From positions 1 through 34,584 of the forward strand of contig CAXUUL010000084.1 of assembly GCA_964255285.1 (NCBI GenBank): DNA of 34,584 nucleotides, in the 5' to 3' direction. Origin of the DNA: Ionaspis alba (Eukaryota). Shown piece by piece: positions 1-13,750 of the stretch. Numbering within the stretch: the stretch's first letter is position 1; each line of letters opens with the position of its first letter. The translations under genes and the position numbers were made by a program. The notes under the pieces were generated by a model that was not told the origin of the DNA, did not search any database, and was given only the letters and a program-made list of their open reading frames with translations.

Positions 1-882
1 ATGGGACTCAGAATGGACGACATACACATGCCAACTGTTGAAGCAGGCCCAACGACCGGTCAGAAGCTGGCCACAACTGCACCTGGTAATCACCCTTTAC
101 TTTTCGACCTAATAGCCGAGAAAGACAGTGTGGAGAATGAGCTCAAGGCTCTGGGAAGTGTTCTCGAAAGCGTGAGCATATACGCTTGAGAGATTTCAAA
201 ACTTGCAATAGCTGAAGATCAGGCAGCATGGTGTGACCATGAACACGACTCTCACGACCTTTGATGGCTACCCACGTGATGATCTGGACGTCGCTCAAAG
301 TGCGTAAATGTCAAGAGACTATGAGAAAATGTCTTTGCCAACATCATCACAGTACGGACGACTCGAGCTCGCATCATTCATCTACGGAATGACTACAAGG
401 GTCTGATGTCTCGAATAGAGACCGGCCTGCATGCACATCATGCCTCCATGAAAGACCTTGTCTCTGATTCAACTGGAGGATCATCCCAATTCTCAACCGC
501 ATCTGTATCTTCGGATCATCCCCAAGCTAGCCTACTCGAAGCTCCGTTCGCCAAGGTAAACAGTGTCGTCTCTGGAAGCCCAGCAGACGAAGCAGGCCTG
601 AAGGCGGGAGATGCCATACGGCGTTTTGGAAACGTGAACACTTTCAACCACGAGAAGCTAGGCAGGGTCGCCGAGACGGTTCAAAGGAATGAAGGGGTGC
701 GTATACTGACTGCTGGATGAGTGGCATAGCACGAGCTCATTCTTTCGCAGCGAAGTATAGTTGTAAGAATCTCAAGGACAGACGTGGCGGACGGAACCTC
801 GGAGGAGCTTCAACTGCAGCTGACACCACGTCGAGACTGGGGTGGTCGCGGTATGTTAGGCTGTCATCTTTTGCCCGTGTAG
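1..882 (+). CDS. NAS2: 26S proteasome assembly chaperone Nas2/p27 (PSMD9-like; Nas2 N-domain + PDZ), 4 exons
   Basis: Exons 1-171, 227-299, 353-696, 751-882 join to give HGVTMNTTLTTFDGYPRDDLDVAQIRTTRARIIHLRNDYK, a PDZ segment (FAKVNSVVSGSPADEAGLKAGD) and the C-terminal LTPRRDWGGRGMLGCHLLPV typical of Nas2; all introns GT-AG. Confidence 0.93.
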
Positions 883-1597
883 CTGTCCGCAGCTCTTTAG
901 CCATTGCAGCATGGACAACAACCTGCCACAGAAATGGTGTACTACGTTTTCTAGAGCTCTGTTGTGCGGTCAAGAGGTTGTAAGAGCTACCGTGTAGGTA
1001 CCCCAAGTGAGTAGAGCTGGACCCCTCCGTTTTTATGCATCAACAACGAGCCAGGGTAGAGCTCATGAATACTTCAAAACATGAAAGCGGTATTCGGACC
1101 TTGGACTTGTGGACCTCGATCTTGTGGCGCTGGCAAGTATATAGAAGGCGTCCTCGTCGTAGATGTGACATGATCAATGGATCCTATAATTTCTTTCCTG
1201 AATTACCTTAGCCGTTGTTCACTAGGAACTAGAAAGACCGCTCCAACATTAGCTCGAAGAAACATAACAAGCCTGAATTGCATATAAACGTGAATTATAG
1301 ATAGTAGTGGAGCAATGCCTGTTTGATGCCTGAACGGAGCCCGGAGCATGACTAAGCCAGTAAGCTCGTTGATTGGCTCGGCGAAACGTCTCTCCAGAAT
1401 TTTGTTGTTCTATTATCTACCACCTCCAAACCTCAACCTCTATAAATCTGTTCCTAGAAGCTTTTATCACACCTCTCGTCTTGTACTAATTGCACTCTCT
1501 GTGAGCCTAAGCGACTTCTCGAAGCGACGCGACAGTTGAACTGATAGTGTACAGGCACATCTCTTCCTCCGCTGAACCTCTACTACACACTTTCAAG

Positions 1598-2579
<982 letters not shown>

Positions 2580-3111
2580 ACGCGCATGGGACAAGTCGAA
2601 TAGCGCCTAGAGAGCTACGGGTGAGGCAGGAGAAGTGGATGCAATATCGGGTTGGAAGGGAAATGCAAGGAAGGACTTCAAGGGATAGCGAAAGCATGGC
2701 GTGTGCACATTTTGCCATCTTAGTAGTTTAGACCGGCGTCTGCACTGATGCAGACCACTCCTTTGTCTACAAAATACAAATCATGCAATTACGAGAGAAG
2801 AGTCGTTCATGACAAGCTCGAAGACTGATCGATTAGTGGGGAGGGCGCGTGCAAAGTCTGTAACGAGCTTTAACTCGACAGTCCTGGCACATTTGCTCTC
2901 TGAACAGCTCATAAAGTTCAGTATCTTAATAAACAGTCGTGTTATTTAGAACTATTTTGATTCGTTCAATAGAATGTCATCGCTCCTATCTACTCCTTTC
3001 AATGCTTTCTAATGGTCTTTATGTTTCATGTCATTCATATGTTCGCGTATCTTAGTATCCTCAGCTATCACAAAGCCACATCAATCGCACCCTAATCATA
3101 CCTCTCACCAT

Positions 3112-4983
3112 TCAGATCTTGACTTCAGCAGGCAGGCCAACCTCTAGCGGATCAACCCCCTTCTGCAATTCGCTCTTGCCAGGCATATTCCCCCTTCGCA
3201 TCAATTCCGCACACTTCGACATAATCGGATCCATCTGCATACTTGCGACAGCCACAATTGTCTCTCCCTTAGCATAATAAGCCGCGAACTTACCCTCCTC
3301 CGGCTTTCCCTTCAGCACAAGCTCATCCCAGCCGTTCGGCGTGTTGCCACAATACCTGAGCTGTGACCCAAGCGCGGACCAGAACACAGGAATGAAAGGC
3401 TTGGGCTTCGAGGAAGGAGACGCGATGGCAGTACCGACGCTGCGCCCGGAATTTTGCGCAACGTTCCAGTGCTCGATGCGGGTCAGACAGCCGTTGCCGC
3501 CAGGGCCATGGTATGGGTAGGTGGCGATATCACCGATAGCGTAGACGTCCTTAACACCCTCGACTTCGAAGGACTCGTTGCATTTCAGAGAGCCGTCCTT
3601 CTCGAGCTGGATTCCCTTCGCCTCCTTCAAGTAATCAGTGGCAGGGGCAACGCCAACACCAAGGATGACGAGATCGGCTTCGAGTTCTGTGCCGTCCTTG
3701 AGGTGGACAGCGCCAACGGCAGATGAGTCGGATTTGGAAGGGCTGGCCTTGTCGACACCGGCCTCCATTTTGAAATTGACGCCGTTCTTTTCGATAATGG
3801 TGCGGAAGATCTCACCGACCTCGGTACCCATGACACGCTCTAAGGGGGCCTTTTCCATGCCAACTACAGTCACCGTATTCTCCTTAGCAAGGGCATTGGC
3901 GACTTCCATACCGATGAAGGAGGAGCCGATGACGACGATTCTCCTGCCCTTCTTTTCGCCGACAGCTGAGAGAATGTTTTGCACGTCCGAGACGGTGCGA
4001 AGGACGAAGATGTTCTTGAGGTCTTTGAAGCCAGGTAAGGGTAGCTTCTTGGGGGCTCCGCCTGTGGCGAGCACGAGTTTGGTGTAAGGGTAGGATTTAC
4101 CGGACGCGGTTGTGACGGATTTTTTGGAGAAGTCGACGGAGGTGACGTCGTCGTTGATTGTTTTAATGGAGGCCGAATCGTACCATTCTTGTGGGCGGAG
4201 GAGGATCTTGGAGGAGTCGGGGATAAGGGCTTTGGAGAGCTTGGTCCGATCGACTGGGAGGTAGGCTTCATGGGAGATGAGAGTTATAGGGGCTTTGTAG
4301 CCGTGCTCGCGGAGCGCGTGGAGAGTTCCCATTGCTCCGCTTCCGCTGTAATGGGGAAGGAGGTCAGCGAATGTAAGAGCTGCTTAGAACAAGTTTCTTG
4401 GCTCACCCTCCGACGACAACCACCGACTCTGGACCTGAAGCCGAGCATTTGTGATTGGCAGATCTTCTGCTTGCCTTAATTGTAGCCTCCTCTCCCTTTA
4501 TGTAGACTCCTTCACTCTTCTCAATGATGTCGAACTTGGCCAGAGGGTCAAGGGCTGGTGCGTCTTCAACGTCTCCGGTCCCAACATTAAAGCAAGCTAA
4601 CTCAGGGTTAGCGGATGGCTTGTACAATAGTTGTTCGCTCACGTACCTCCATGCCATGCACAGGTTAGTCTCCCATCTGGGGTAAGTACACCATTCTTTA
4701 GAGGTGCTCCATAATGGGTGCAGTTTGAGCTCATAGCATGAGTCTTATCCCCCAGCTTCACCAATAGAACTTTTCCGCCTTCAATACCGTCAACTTCGAC
4801 CTCACGTTTCTCACCATTCTTTAAGTCTAGAGCAGACAATCCTTTGAGTTTGTATTCTTGCGTCATGATTCTTGCTGATATGCTAAATGGGGAACTGCTT
4901 CTTGGTAGAAAGGGCGACTGTGATAGTTTCCTGGTGAAGAATCGAAAGAAGGGGGCTGAATACGAGAGGGAAGGTGGTGGCAT
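3112..4983 (-). CDS. AIF-like oxidoreductase (N-terminal Rieske 2Fe-2S domain + FAD/NAD(P) pyridine nucleotide-disulphide reductase), 3 exons
   Basis: Exons 4983 (or 4866)-4647, 4596-4407, 4345-3112. Rieske motifs CTHYGAPL and CAWHGACF; Rossmann motifs VVVGGGSGA and VVIGSSFIGME; YAIGDIA; RIEHWNVA; PVFWSALG. Start codon is ambiguous between two in-frame ATGs. Confidence 0.9.
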
Positions 4984-5430
4984 AAGATTGAATGTAGAGG
5001 AGAAATGAGAAATCCCAATGTCATACACGGTACTATTCATCTGAGTACTCGCGTTTGGGTTAGACGTCATGTCAAGAGCAGCGAACCAATCACGTCAGCG
5101 TCATTGAAAGCACGACCCTCTTCCTCATTAATTAATAACTCGTCGGATATAATTCATTAGATGCATTAGCCACGAGTGAATGTTCATTCAATCAATTATG
5201 CTAAGTCTACCTAGGTTCAAAGACATAAATCACTCAAGGTCAAGCCAGTATTGATGTCGAACCATGCGGGCTCTTCCTGCTACCTCATCAACTCCCAGTA
5301 ATCCCCCCTCCCATATTGATCATCATTCCAAAGCAAGGCAACCATAACTCGTGCTTCCATAGTAGCAGCTTTTCTGTGTTTTCATAGGTGCATTCTAAAC
5401 GCCCGCTCGCCCCAAACGATCCTGAGGAAA

Positions 5431-7165
5431 TTATCCGCTCCCAAAAAGTCCGCTCCGCTTGGAATCCCCTATTACCGGCCTGACTTCGGGCTGTCGATAG
5501 TCTCTTCGTGGACCATCAACCGGCGCAAGATCTTCCGCCATTGCGTCCTCGTAGCTTGGAGGTGGCTCCTCGAGGCCATTGTCATTCGCAGGGACTACGT
5601 GATGCCAGCTCGACGGGCGTGATAAGTCGGAGCCTGGACGTGCTCCAGGTGAAGGCGATTGGGAAGCAGAATGCGAGAAAGAAGGTGGCTTCATATGTGA
5701 TATCGACAGAGGTCTATGGATGGGTTGACGTACAGGAGGACGTCTTGCCATTTCTTCAAGTAGTGCTGGTGGGGGTGAGATTCCTGAGTAGACCATGACA
5801 GGCATTTCTAGATTCTGGACGGTCAACTCGGGCTGCTTGATTTCAGAACAGGTAACATGAATATCAAGAATTTGAAAATACCTTCAAGTTGCCGGGCTTG
5901 CCATACATGATTCCGACCCTGATTTGAAGCGTATAATGGCGAGCTAGATTGCAGGTTTCGAAAGAAGGCGGGACCGTATTTGGCAGGGCGATCTGGTTCC
6001 ACAGCTTCGAATCAACTTCCATGTCCTTCTCTACTTGTGTTTCTGAGTTGCCGAGAGGGGTCTTCAGATTCGCTAAGCTAACAACAATCCAGCTCGAGGA
6101 TTCCTGCCTAGAAAGATCATGAGCTCGAATCTTAGTGTACCCGACAAGCTCGACCTGGAAGAGTGTGAGGAACAAAATCTCCGGAGTCTCATTCAGTTTC
6201 TTGACAATAACACGAAGCGGGAGGGGTTCGTTGCAGGTTATGATTGCTGGATCTGGAAGTCGGCCTTCGACGCTAATCTTCGGAGGCTCTCCACTGCTAG
6301 GAGCTGGTATCGAAGGCTTCCGGAAGAGACCTGGTTTCTCAGGGACTTCCACATGAGGAGAGAATTGATGCCGCCTCCTTGCATAGGACTCCCGTCGATT
6401 AGGAGGAGGTCGAGGCGGTTCTATGGGGAGAAAATAGAAGTTCGTGGTCTGCGTCCTGTCAAAATTGTACCTTCCCCCTTGGAGTGTGCCTTAAACATAC
6501 AGCTCTGAAATTCTCCTTGTAGAATGCCGCTCGCTGGACTGTGGCTTTGATGAAATACTTGATCTCCGCTTCTCCCGGAAAGCCACTCAACGAGGGCGGT
6601 AGAGGCTTCTTCACATGACTCTGCGTATCTCTTGCCATCTCCACGCGCATCCCGGTCATGTTCAGATTTGTGAGCATTGAATTGGTGTTCGCACAGGCAT
6701 TATTGAAGGGAACCTAATCGACAATATGAGCTTTCTCTCATACATCGACAGCCACCAAACCCACTTTGAACTGGAACGGATATACATGTTGACCAGAAGG
6801 TAGAGTAAAATTTGAGTTGCCTGGTGTTGCTTGGAGAATCACCCTCGTCGGGAAGACCGTTTCAACCTTGTACAGCAACTGCAGAGATGGTCAGCACATG
6901 TAGTTGGATTTTGAAGGTATACTGGCTACATACTCACCTTGTGCACTTCCAACTGCGTCTGTGACTTTTCGAAACGATCAGCTCGACCACTGTATCCTGG
7001 AAGCGGCGGTGCCGCAAGTCGAGTCCTGCTTTCACATTCCAGCTTCACGACCACGGCAGTGATTGTCTCATCTCCAAGGAGGTTCAGTATAACCCTCCCA
7101 GTAATTATGTCAAGATTGGTGAAGAATGCATGAGGTTTGTCAAGCTGAATATGAACCGCGGACAT
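5431..7165 (-). CDS. Alpha-arrestin (arrestin N-domain) protein with PY motif, 5 exons
   Basis: Exons 7165-6938, 6878-6765, 6713-6501, 6448-5882, 5832-5431. FFTNLDIITGRVIL, VVVKLECESRT, EVHKLLYK, GQHVYPFQFKVP, LPPSL, EIKYFIKATV, PPSFETCNLARHYTLQIRVG and C-terminal PPPSYEDA (PPxY, the motif bound by Rsp5/Nedd4 WW domains). Confidence 0.85.
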
Positions 7166-7785
7166 CGTGATCAACTTATGGCTTCAGAGGTTGCAGCAAG
7201 TTCACAATTGGTTACTAGGAGCGGAGAGAATGAGCTGCCGTCCATCTCATTTGTGCGATAGTCGAAGAGGATATAGCTCAAGCTCCATAGGTAGTTATCA
7301 TTGAGACGGAAATGAGGCATTTTGAATGCAGGGTCAGAGATCCGAGAAGGTGGGTAGCTGAATCGCCATCCGGTGAATGCCGTAGAAAAGGTTCCCCAAT
7401 TATTGCATGAACTTCTATTTGTCCGGTATTCTATAAATACGTACATAGAGCACAGTTTTCTCGGAGTTCTATCTAATTTGTGTATACATCTCTACAGCTC
7501 CACAGTACTGCTATCATGTTGATGACCATGAATGCCAAAAGGAGGTCTGTCCGCGTCACGCCTTCGTCTCGAGAGTGGCTTATGCTAGGCAACCAATCCA
7601 GTCTCAAGCAATGAGGTACTGTACCCAATGTGTGGTTCTATAGCACAAGTCTCGAACCATGACGAACTATTGCTTTCACACTGCGCCTCTCTCATGACGG
7701 CAACTCAAATATGCCTTGCAGCGGCTGCTCAGGCATCTCTTGGCGCTTCCGCAAAATCCTACGAGTCCCTCGCTCCGATTAGGTG

Positions 7786-9264
7786 TCAATATCCCTCTTT
7801 TGCAAGCATATCTAGACGTTTTAGCTCCTGTACCAGACCAGGAAGACGGAGACCAACCAGCAATGCTTAGGTAGAACGCTACCGCGTTGAAACTTTTGCA
7901 TGATTTATTAGACGTGCATTGGAAGGTTCGTGCTCGAGAGCCAACATACGTTCTTTTATTGCCGGTCAGTTCCCACACGAGCCAACGAAGCCGGTTCGTC
8001 CAATTGATCAAGTCCAAATGACTGACGCCTACTAGTGTGCCTTTGTAGGACGATTCTCCACCCCACCGGCTACTGGCCACACTGACAAGTCCGTCGTTGG
8101 GACCTTCTTCTCTTGTAACGATTCTGTGAGACTGGCGAAACGCCGACCACAACGCTGGCTCGAATTTTGCGCCATAAGAGAAGTATCTAGGTAACATTTA
8201 GACCTTGCTACGAAGGAAATGAAGCGGAGATCGTTAGGCATACCGTACGCCTTCACGATCGGGAGTCCTGGGATTGAAATCCTCTTTCATGAATTGCCGA
8301 GTCAGTTGACTGAAAGCCCCCGTTTCTATTTGGAGCAATTTCAGCGTCTTATACAATCTTGGCAGATAACTTGCTGCGGATCATTTAGTACTCATATCTC
8401 TAGCACTGGCAAGCCTCCACTTACGTCCGATGCGATCGAAAACGTAATCTGCGAATGCAGAACCTTGAGAACAGGTCAGTGCTGTCACGTTTGTTCAAAA
8501 CCAGAGGTCAATTACCACGATGAGGTGTTGCAATTGTTGTCAGGGAAAGTACATCAACACCAGGAGGCTTGAGTCGACTGATCATGTAACGAGAATCGAG
8601 TCCGCTGATCAATCAAGTCAGCTTCTGCGCAAGATGCCTCCTCGGATCAGCTAACAGAGCCATACCCCTATTCGGTATGAGCATTGGATATGTGTCAAGC
8701 GTAAGCAGCACATACCATGCTATGTCTGTAAATATTCAGCGAACCGAAGATTGACAGCAGTTGCGGCTTTACTCACGCAATAATATTGACGCTCTTACCA
8801 TGAGCTTTCTTGAGTATGTCGTCACTCAGCTTCGCCGCTCGCTCCTCAATAGACGCCGATGATGGTACAGACGCAGTGATGACCTCGATACCATTTGCTC
8901 TCAAAGCTTCTGTGATACCTCTCCAATAGTGGATCTTAGGGAGGAAGCGCCCACCAAGACTGAGCTCGTCGAAACCAAGTAGACCATGGGATAGAATAAT
9001 AGGATTCTTTGGTGTATCTACACGGGTAATTAGACCGAGAAGCAATACGACTATGAAAGCTTCCAACGTACTGTAATTAGCACGAATTGCAGCATACTCG
9101 TCCACGATATCATGGCCGATTCCAGCCGTACGTGGGCTCACGACATCCTCCAAGCTCCTTCCAGAAGATTGGTAGGCTCGAGAAGAATTCGAAGGGACAA
9201 CAGGACACTTTGACAGAACAATTGACAGAGACAGTCTTGGAAGCTTTTGTGACCATGAAATCAT
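7786..9264 (-). CDS. Tgl2-like triacylglycerol lipase (alpha/beta hydrolase), about 10 exons including 10-nt and 2-nt microexons
   Basis: Spliced product has PKNPIILSHGLLGFD, YWRGITEAL, SIEERA, VNIIAHSMGGLDSRY (AHSMG nucleophile elbow as in yeast Tgl2), SLTTIATPHRGSAFAD, NDGLVSVASSRWG, SHLDLINW and ends DMLAKEGY* at 7786. Start at 9264 is tentative. Confidence 0.88.
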
Positions 9265-9948
9265 AATCGCATTTGGGAATCCGTGGAAGCTTGTGACCCT
9301 ATACCCATACAAGCACCGCTCTACCACAGCAAGAGGACATCGGTTTAACACAGAGCAATACGAAATTAATCAATAAATGCTTATTGCGAAAGCCGTAATG
9401 ATGCTTCCATGGATATCGTGCTGCCCAATTCCTGAAATTTGGAACACTACGTAGTTCAGCCCTGTAGCTTCCTAAGCACACAAATGCTTGGATGTATCGA
9501 ACGGTTCATCCTCCAAGTCCAAGATAATGGCCGTCGCCGTTAAGCCTAGCAATGGGGCATAGAGGCTATTTGTGATCATTCAAGTAGCGCATGGGATGCA
9601 GATCGTTTCTGACTGATGTTCGAGTGGATATTGTGCCTCTAGATTGTACTTGCTCTTGAAATTGACACCATATGCAGCTGCCATGTTAACACAGAGCTGG
9701 CGCTTTCCGTGGGACACGATGCCAATGCCCATAGAGTTAATTCATAACTTGAAGCAAAGCTTCAACTTCTTCTTTTCTTCACATTGCTTCTTGGAAAGTC
9801 GATAGCATGTTCTTGATTGCTGGACTGGCTGATTCTTGGACTTCTATCTCTTTCCAGTCTTGTCTTTGCCTTTCTTCATCGTTTCCAGTAGCAACTAATT
9901 ATACCGCATGCTATTGAAATACTTATACTCGTGTGATCAAACTCCATT

Positions 9949-12900
9949 ATGAAGTCCTATGGGAGCCATAGCCTACTAAGGTCACCTTCGTACCCTTTAT
10001 GGCGGGATGCCTCCAACTCCGAACAAGAAAATACTACCTCTAGCGCTAACGCCCCACCGAAAGGGTTGTACAGGAACAAGTCATCGAGCTCTCTGTTCTC
10101 CACTGGCTCCGTTATTGCACGACCTTTGCAAGTCAGGAACGAGAATGTCATTCCTTCACGTACAATCTCACTATCGACGCTCGATGTGATGGTGGAGTCT
10201 ATGATAGATGCGAGCTCAAGAAAGTCCTCCGGACGTGTGTCTCACAAGTCAAGCTGGGACACGGATATCCTGTCACCACTACAAGAACAACTTCGACCGT
10301 CAACGAACATGGAAAGAGATACTCAAGAGGACACAACCAAAGCAAGATCTGTAGAGAACGTTCGAGAGATTGCTATGAGTTACCCCCACGGTTTAACGCC
10401 ATTTATTAATCTCTCTTCGGCAGCGGACGCGGGGAAAAGACCAGGTCAAGGTCAAATGGATACGGAAATACTGACTCACAAGAAACAGGCGGAAGAGGCA
10501 CACCCTTTTCGCAGATGGATGAGTACTCTTCATCGACGGAAGCAATATCAACCCAAGACTGTGCAGCCCCGAGTGGAACGATGGGCTCTGGACGACTCCG
10601 ATATGCCTCCCACAGAAGATGTAGCGTTAACTGACCAAAGGATATCGCGACACAAGAAATCCTCATCTTTCGCTTCCAGTGGCTTTGTCACGGCAGTTAA
10701 GTCAGCTAGTATAAGTCTAGCAACACTCAGCGTGGCTCCTCATTCTAGAAAGGCTCGGCGATCAACTCTCATTAGAAGCAGTCATAGAAGCAGCAGACTG
10801 TCGCAGAGCCTTTATCGTCCTTCGATGGATGCGAGCTCGTCTTCTGTTCGGATCATTGACGAAGCAGCACGAGAGCGAGCGATCAAGCGTCGAAGAATCC
10901 TGGAAGAACTGTTGAGCACTGAGGAAGGCTACGTAGCAGACCTGAAGGTTTTGGTCAACGTGAGCTAGATTAAGAGGCTTAAGTCATGATAATAATTGTG
11001 CTAATAGCCACACTCAGGTATATTTCACTCTTCTAGCCACCGCAACGCCTGTCTCGGAAGGCAAAATAAGTCATATTCATCATACCATCACGGAGATCCT
11101 CATCTTGCATGAACAGATCCTCGAGAATATTCGTACTGTCCTTCAGAGCTCCGGGAAGAGCCTTAGCTCTCGTGATGGCAATGCAGCCCGGAAAGCTCCA
11201 AGACACATTCGCTGGCACAGTCTAGAGTATCCATCTGCAAATGACGCTATTGTGTTTCCGGAGCACGCAAGACGCTCTCTCGATGTACCAAAGCGCGCCT
11301 CATCTCGGGACAATGTTCCAGTTTCGGAGCCAGAGGAAGCAGCTGAGATTGCACACATATTTGAAAGTGTGGTAAGTGGAGTAAATTAGTGCACACATAA
11401 CTTATACTGACTCATACGATAATTTTAGATGGCTCGCTTCTTCGTTTACGAAGAATACGGAGCTAGCTATGAGTCGATGCTATATGACATGAACCTGACT
11501 TCAAAGAACATTCCGAATTGGCAGGCTTACGAACGTGGCATAGAGGCGCTGGCCAACACATTGGCACCCGACAATAGTCGGGAGGATGGTAATAGAAAAG
11601 GACTTACTTTCGGGGATCTGCTGATCAAGGTACAAAGTTTTCTACCCAGGACATTCTCAGAATCTTACACTGATGATCGTAAAGCCCATCCAGAGAGTTT
11701 GCAAATACCCTTTGTTGTTCGCCGATCTTTTCAAGAATCTTCCAGTGATTGATGGTCCAGAGTCACATGCCACGGTGGAAAAGGTGCTCTTCAGACTCCG
11801 TGAGACGGCCTTAGAAATCAACAAAGCCACCAACGACGAATATACCAGAGAGCGGATACAACGATGTTGGAGCTTGCAAGACCTTCTCATATTTCCTGAT
11901 GCGGTGAAGCCTTCCTCACCAAACCACCGAACAAGATCAACCAAGGCTAATCCAAGTTTGACTACAGACTACAGCCCCATTCACTGTGAGAACCTTGGGA
12001 CACGCCATACTCTGCGGCGTTCTGCATGTTGCATATCAATCGAAACAAGGCGTTCTTGGCGGATATACGCTCTGTGCACTCTTCAAGTCATGTCTCATTC
12101 TAGCCTTGCCCGTCGAAGATGGTCGCCATTACAAGATAGCAGCAAGCATCAGTCTGACCGATCTGCGCATGGAGAAGACTGACAATGGGAAAGGTACCGC
12201 ATGCATAAGATCTTGTTAGACGAACGATGCTTAATCTTTGCAGGTTTACAATGTCACACGGCTCTTTTTTCATGGAAGATTGTATTCGAGTCAGACCAGC
12301 AAGTCTTCGAATTAATATGCAGTGCCTGTACGCCAGAAGAAGAGAAACAATGGAAGAGCCATTTGATGGAATTATCCGCTGCAGAAAGCCAAAATCAATT
12401 TGAAGAATATCCCATCTCACCGACGAGATATTCCACGCTTTATCTGAGCATCAGACCAATTGGAAGCATTCTTGGACAGCCTGGAACATTGGCCCGCCGG
12501 ATCTCAATCCAACGAGCTGCTACCCTAGGGCCCAGAACCAATGTATGCCAAGTCTTCATCAAGAACACACATGCCTTGCGAGATGGCATAGACTCTTCCA
12601 CCGCGGGGAATCTCGTTGTCGGACGATCTCAATCGCTGCTGACAACTAACCGGATACCAGTCCTTGCTCCAAAACGAATAGACCGAATGAGGATGGAGCA
12701 CGACCTGACCAAAGTCTGGACCAAGGAATTACTCCCCTATCCTGGGATTGGTGGCAGCCGGGGAGACCATACACACATTATTCGAGCCTCTGCCAGTTCG
12801 GTGATGCGAAAATTGAGTAGGGCCAGCATCGCGAGCGGCTTTAGCAAGCGTTCCACGAGCTTTGCTAGTCTCACCAACAGCAAGTTCGACGAGATACATG

Positions 12901-13244
12901 AGTCATCTGCAATCATCGGAAAGCTTGACACCTCGAACGGGGTGAATTCCATGCCCCTTCTTCCCATTAGCGAGAATAACAAGATTGATGCTCAAGGCGC
13001 TTTGAGCTTTCGTTCTATCGTTCTTCCCGAAAGAACAAGTTCGCGGAAAGGAACACATCCAAAACGCAAGCTTGGTGCTGGTAGAGAGAACGCGGCAGAT
13101 TTATTTGTGGAGCCTGACCTTGGAAAGGCTGTTGCCAGACAGTCTAGCAATACGCAAGAACGAACACTTAGGAACAGATGGAGTAGCCCGATTTCCTTGA
13201 TCAGAAGCTTTTCTACAGAAGGAATGAAAGGTTTCTTCGCCTGA
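9949..13244 (+). CDS. Rho guanine nucleotide exchange factor (DH domain followed by PH-like domain), 6 exons
   Basis: Exons 9949-10959, 11018-11371, 11429-11629, 11685-11903, 11968-12193, 12244-13244. DH signatures RRRILEELLSTEEGYVADLKVL and LTFGDLLIKPIQRVCKYPLLFADL; PH-like LGHAILCGVLHVAY and FSWKIVFE; Ser-rich termini. Confidence 0.88.
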
Positions 13245-13750
13245 AGCTGCGTGGGATTGTCAGCCTCAAAACTGTCTCGTCACGCCGTTGTAGGGAAGCC
13301 TGCTATCGTAGAGCAGTATACCATGCCCATCTTCAAACACAATATCGGTGTGAAAAGGTGCTCACGCGAGAATTATCGCGAAGTAGAAAATGGCGTTAGA
13401 TCAGTGTCAGACTTGTGGTTGGCTAGAGCAGTATAGCTATGTCCTGACCACAGTATGATTAAATGATCAGCGATCAGGGTCTAATTACAATGCTATGTTG
13501 AAGATGAGTGATTGTTCCTGGACCAGCTTCGGTAGTGCGAGGAGCTACCCCTGCCCCATGACGTAGAAATGCAGAGCTGCTTTCATGTCACGTTCACCTT
13601 CTTGTTCTCCACCAACAAACATCCGATTCCATAAAGTCACACTCCACATCCACTGTATTATCTAACGCTTCAATCACTCTTCTGAAAGTCTTCTGATACT
13701 GCCCATTACCTCACCGAAAGTAATCAGAAAATACTTAATTCGCCAATAAC

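Noticed and set aside
11961..11974. Tandem ACTACAG duplication at a RhoGEF acceptor
   Set aside because: The first CAG keeps the frame and fits first-AG selection; no evidence the second is used.
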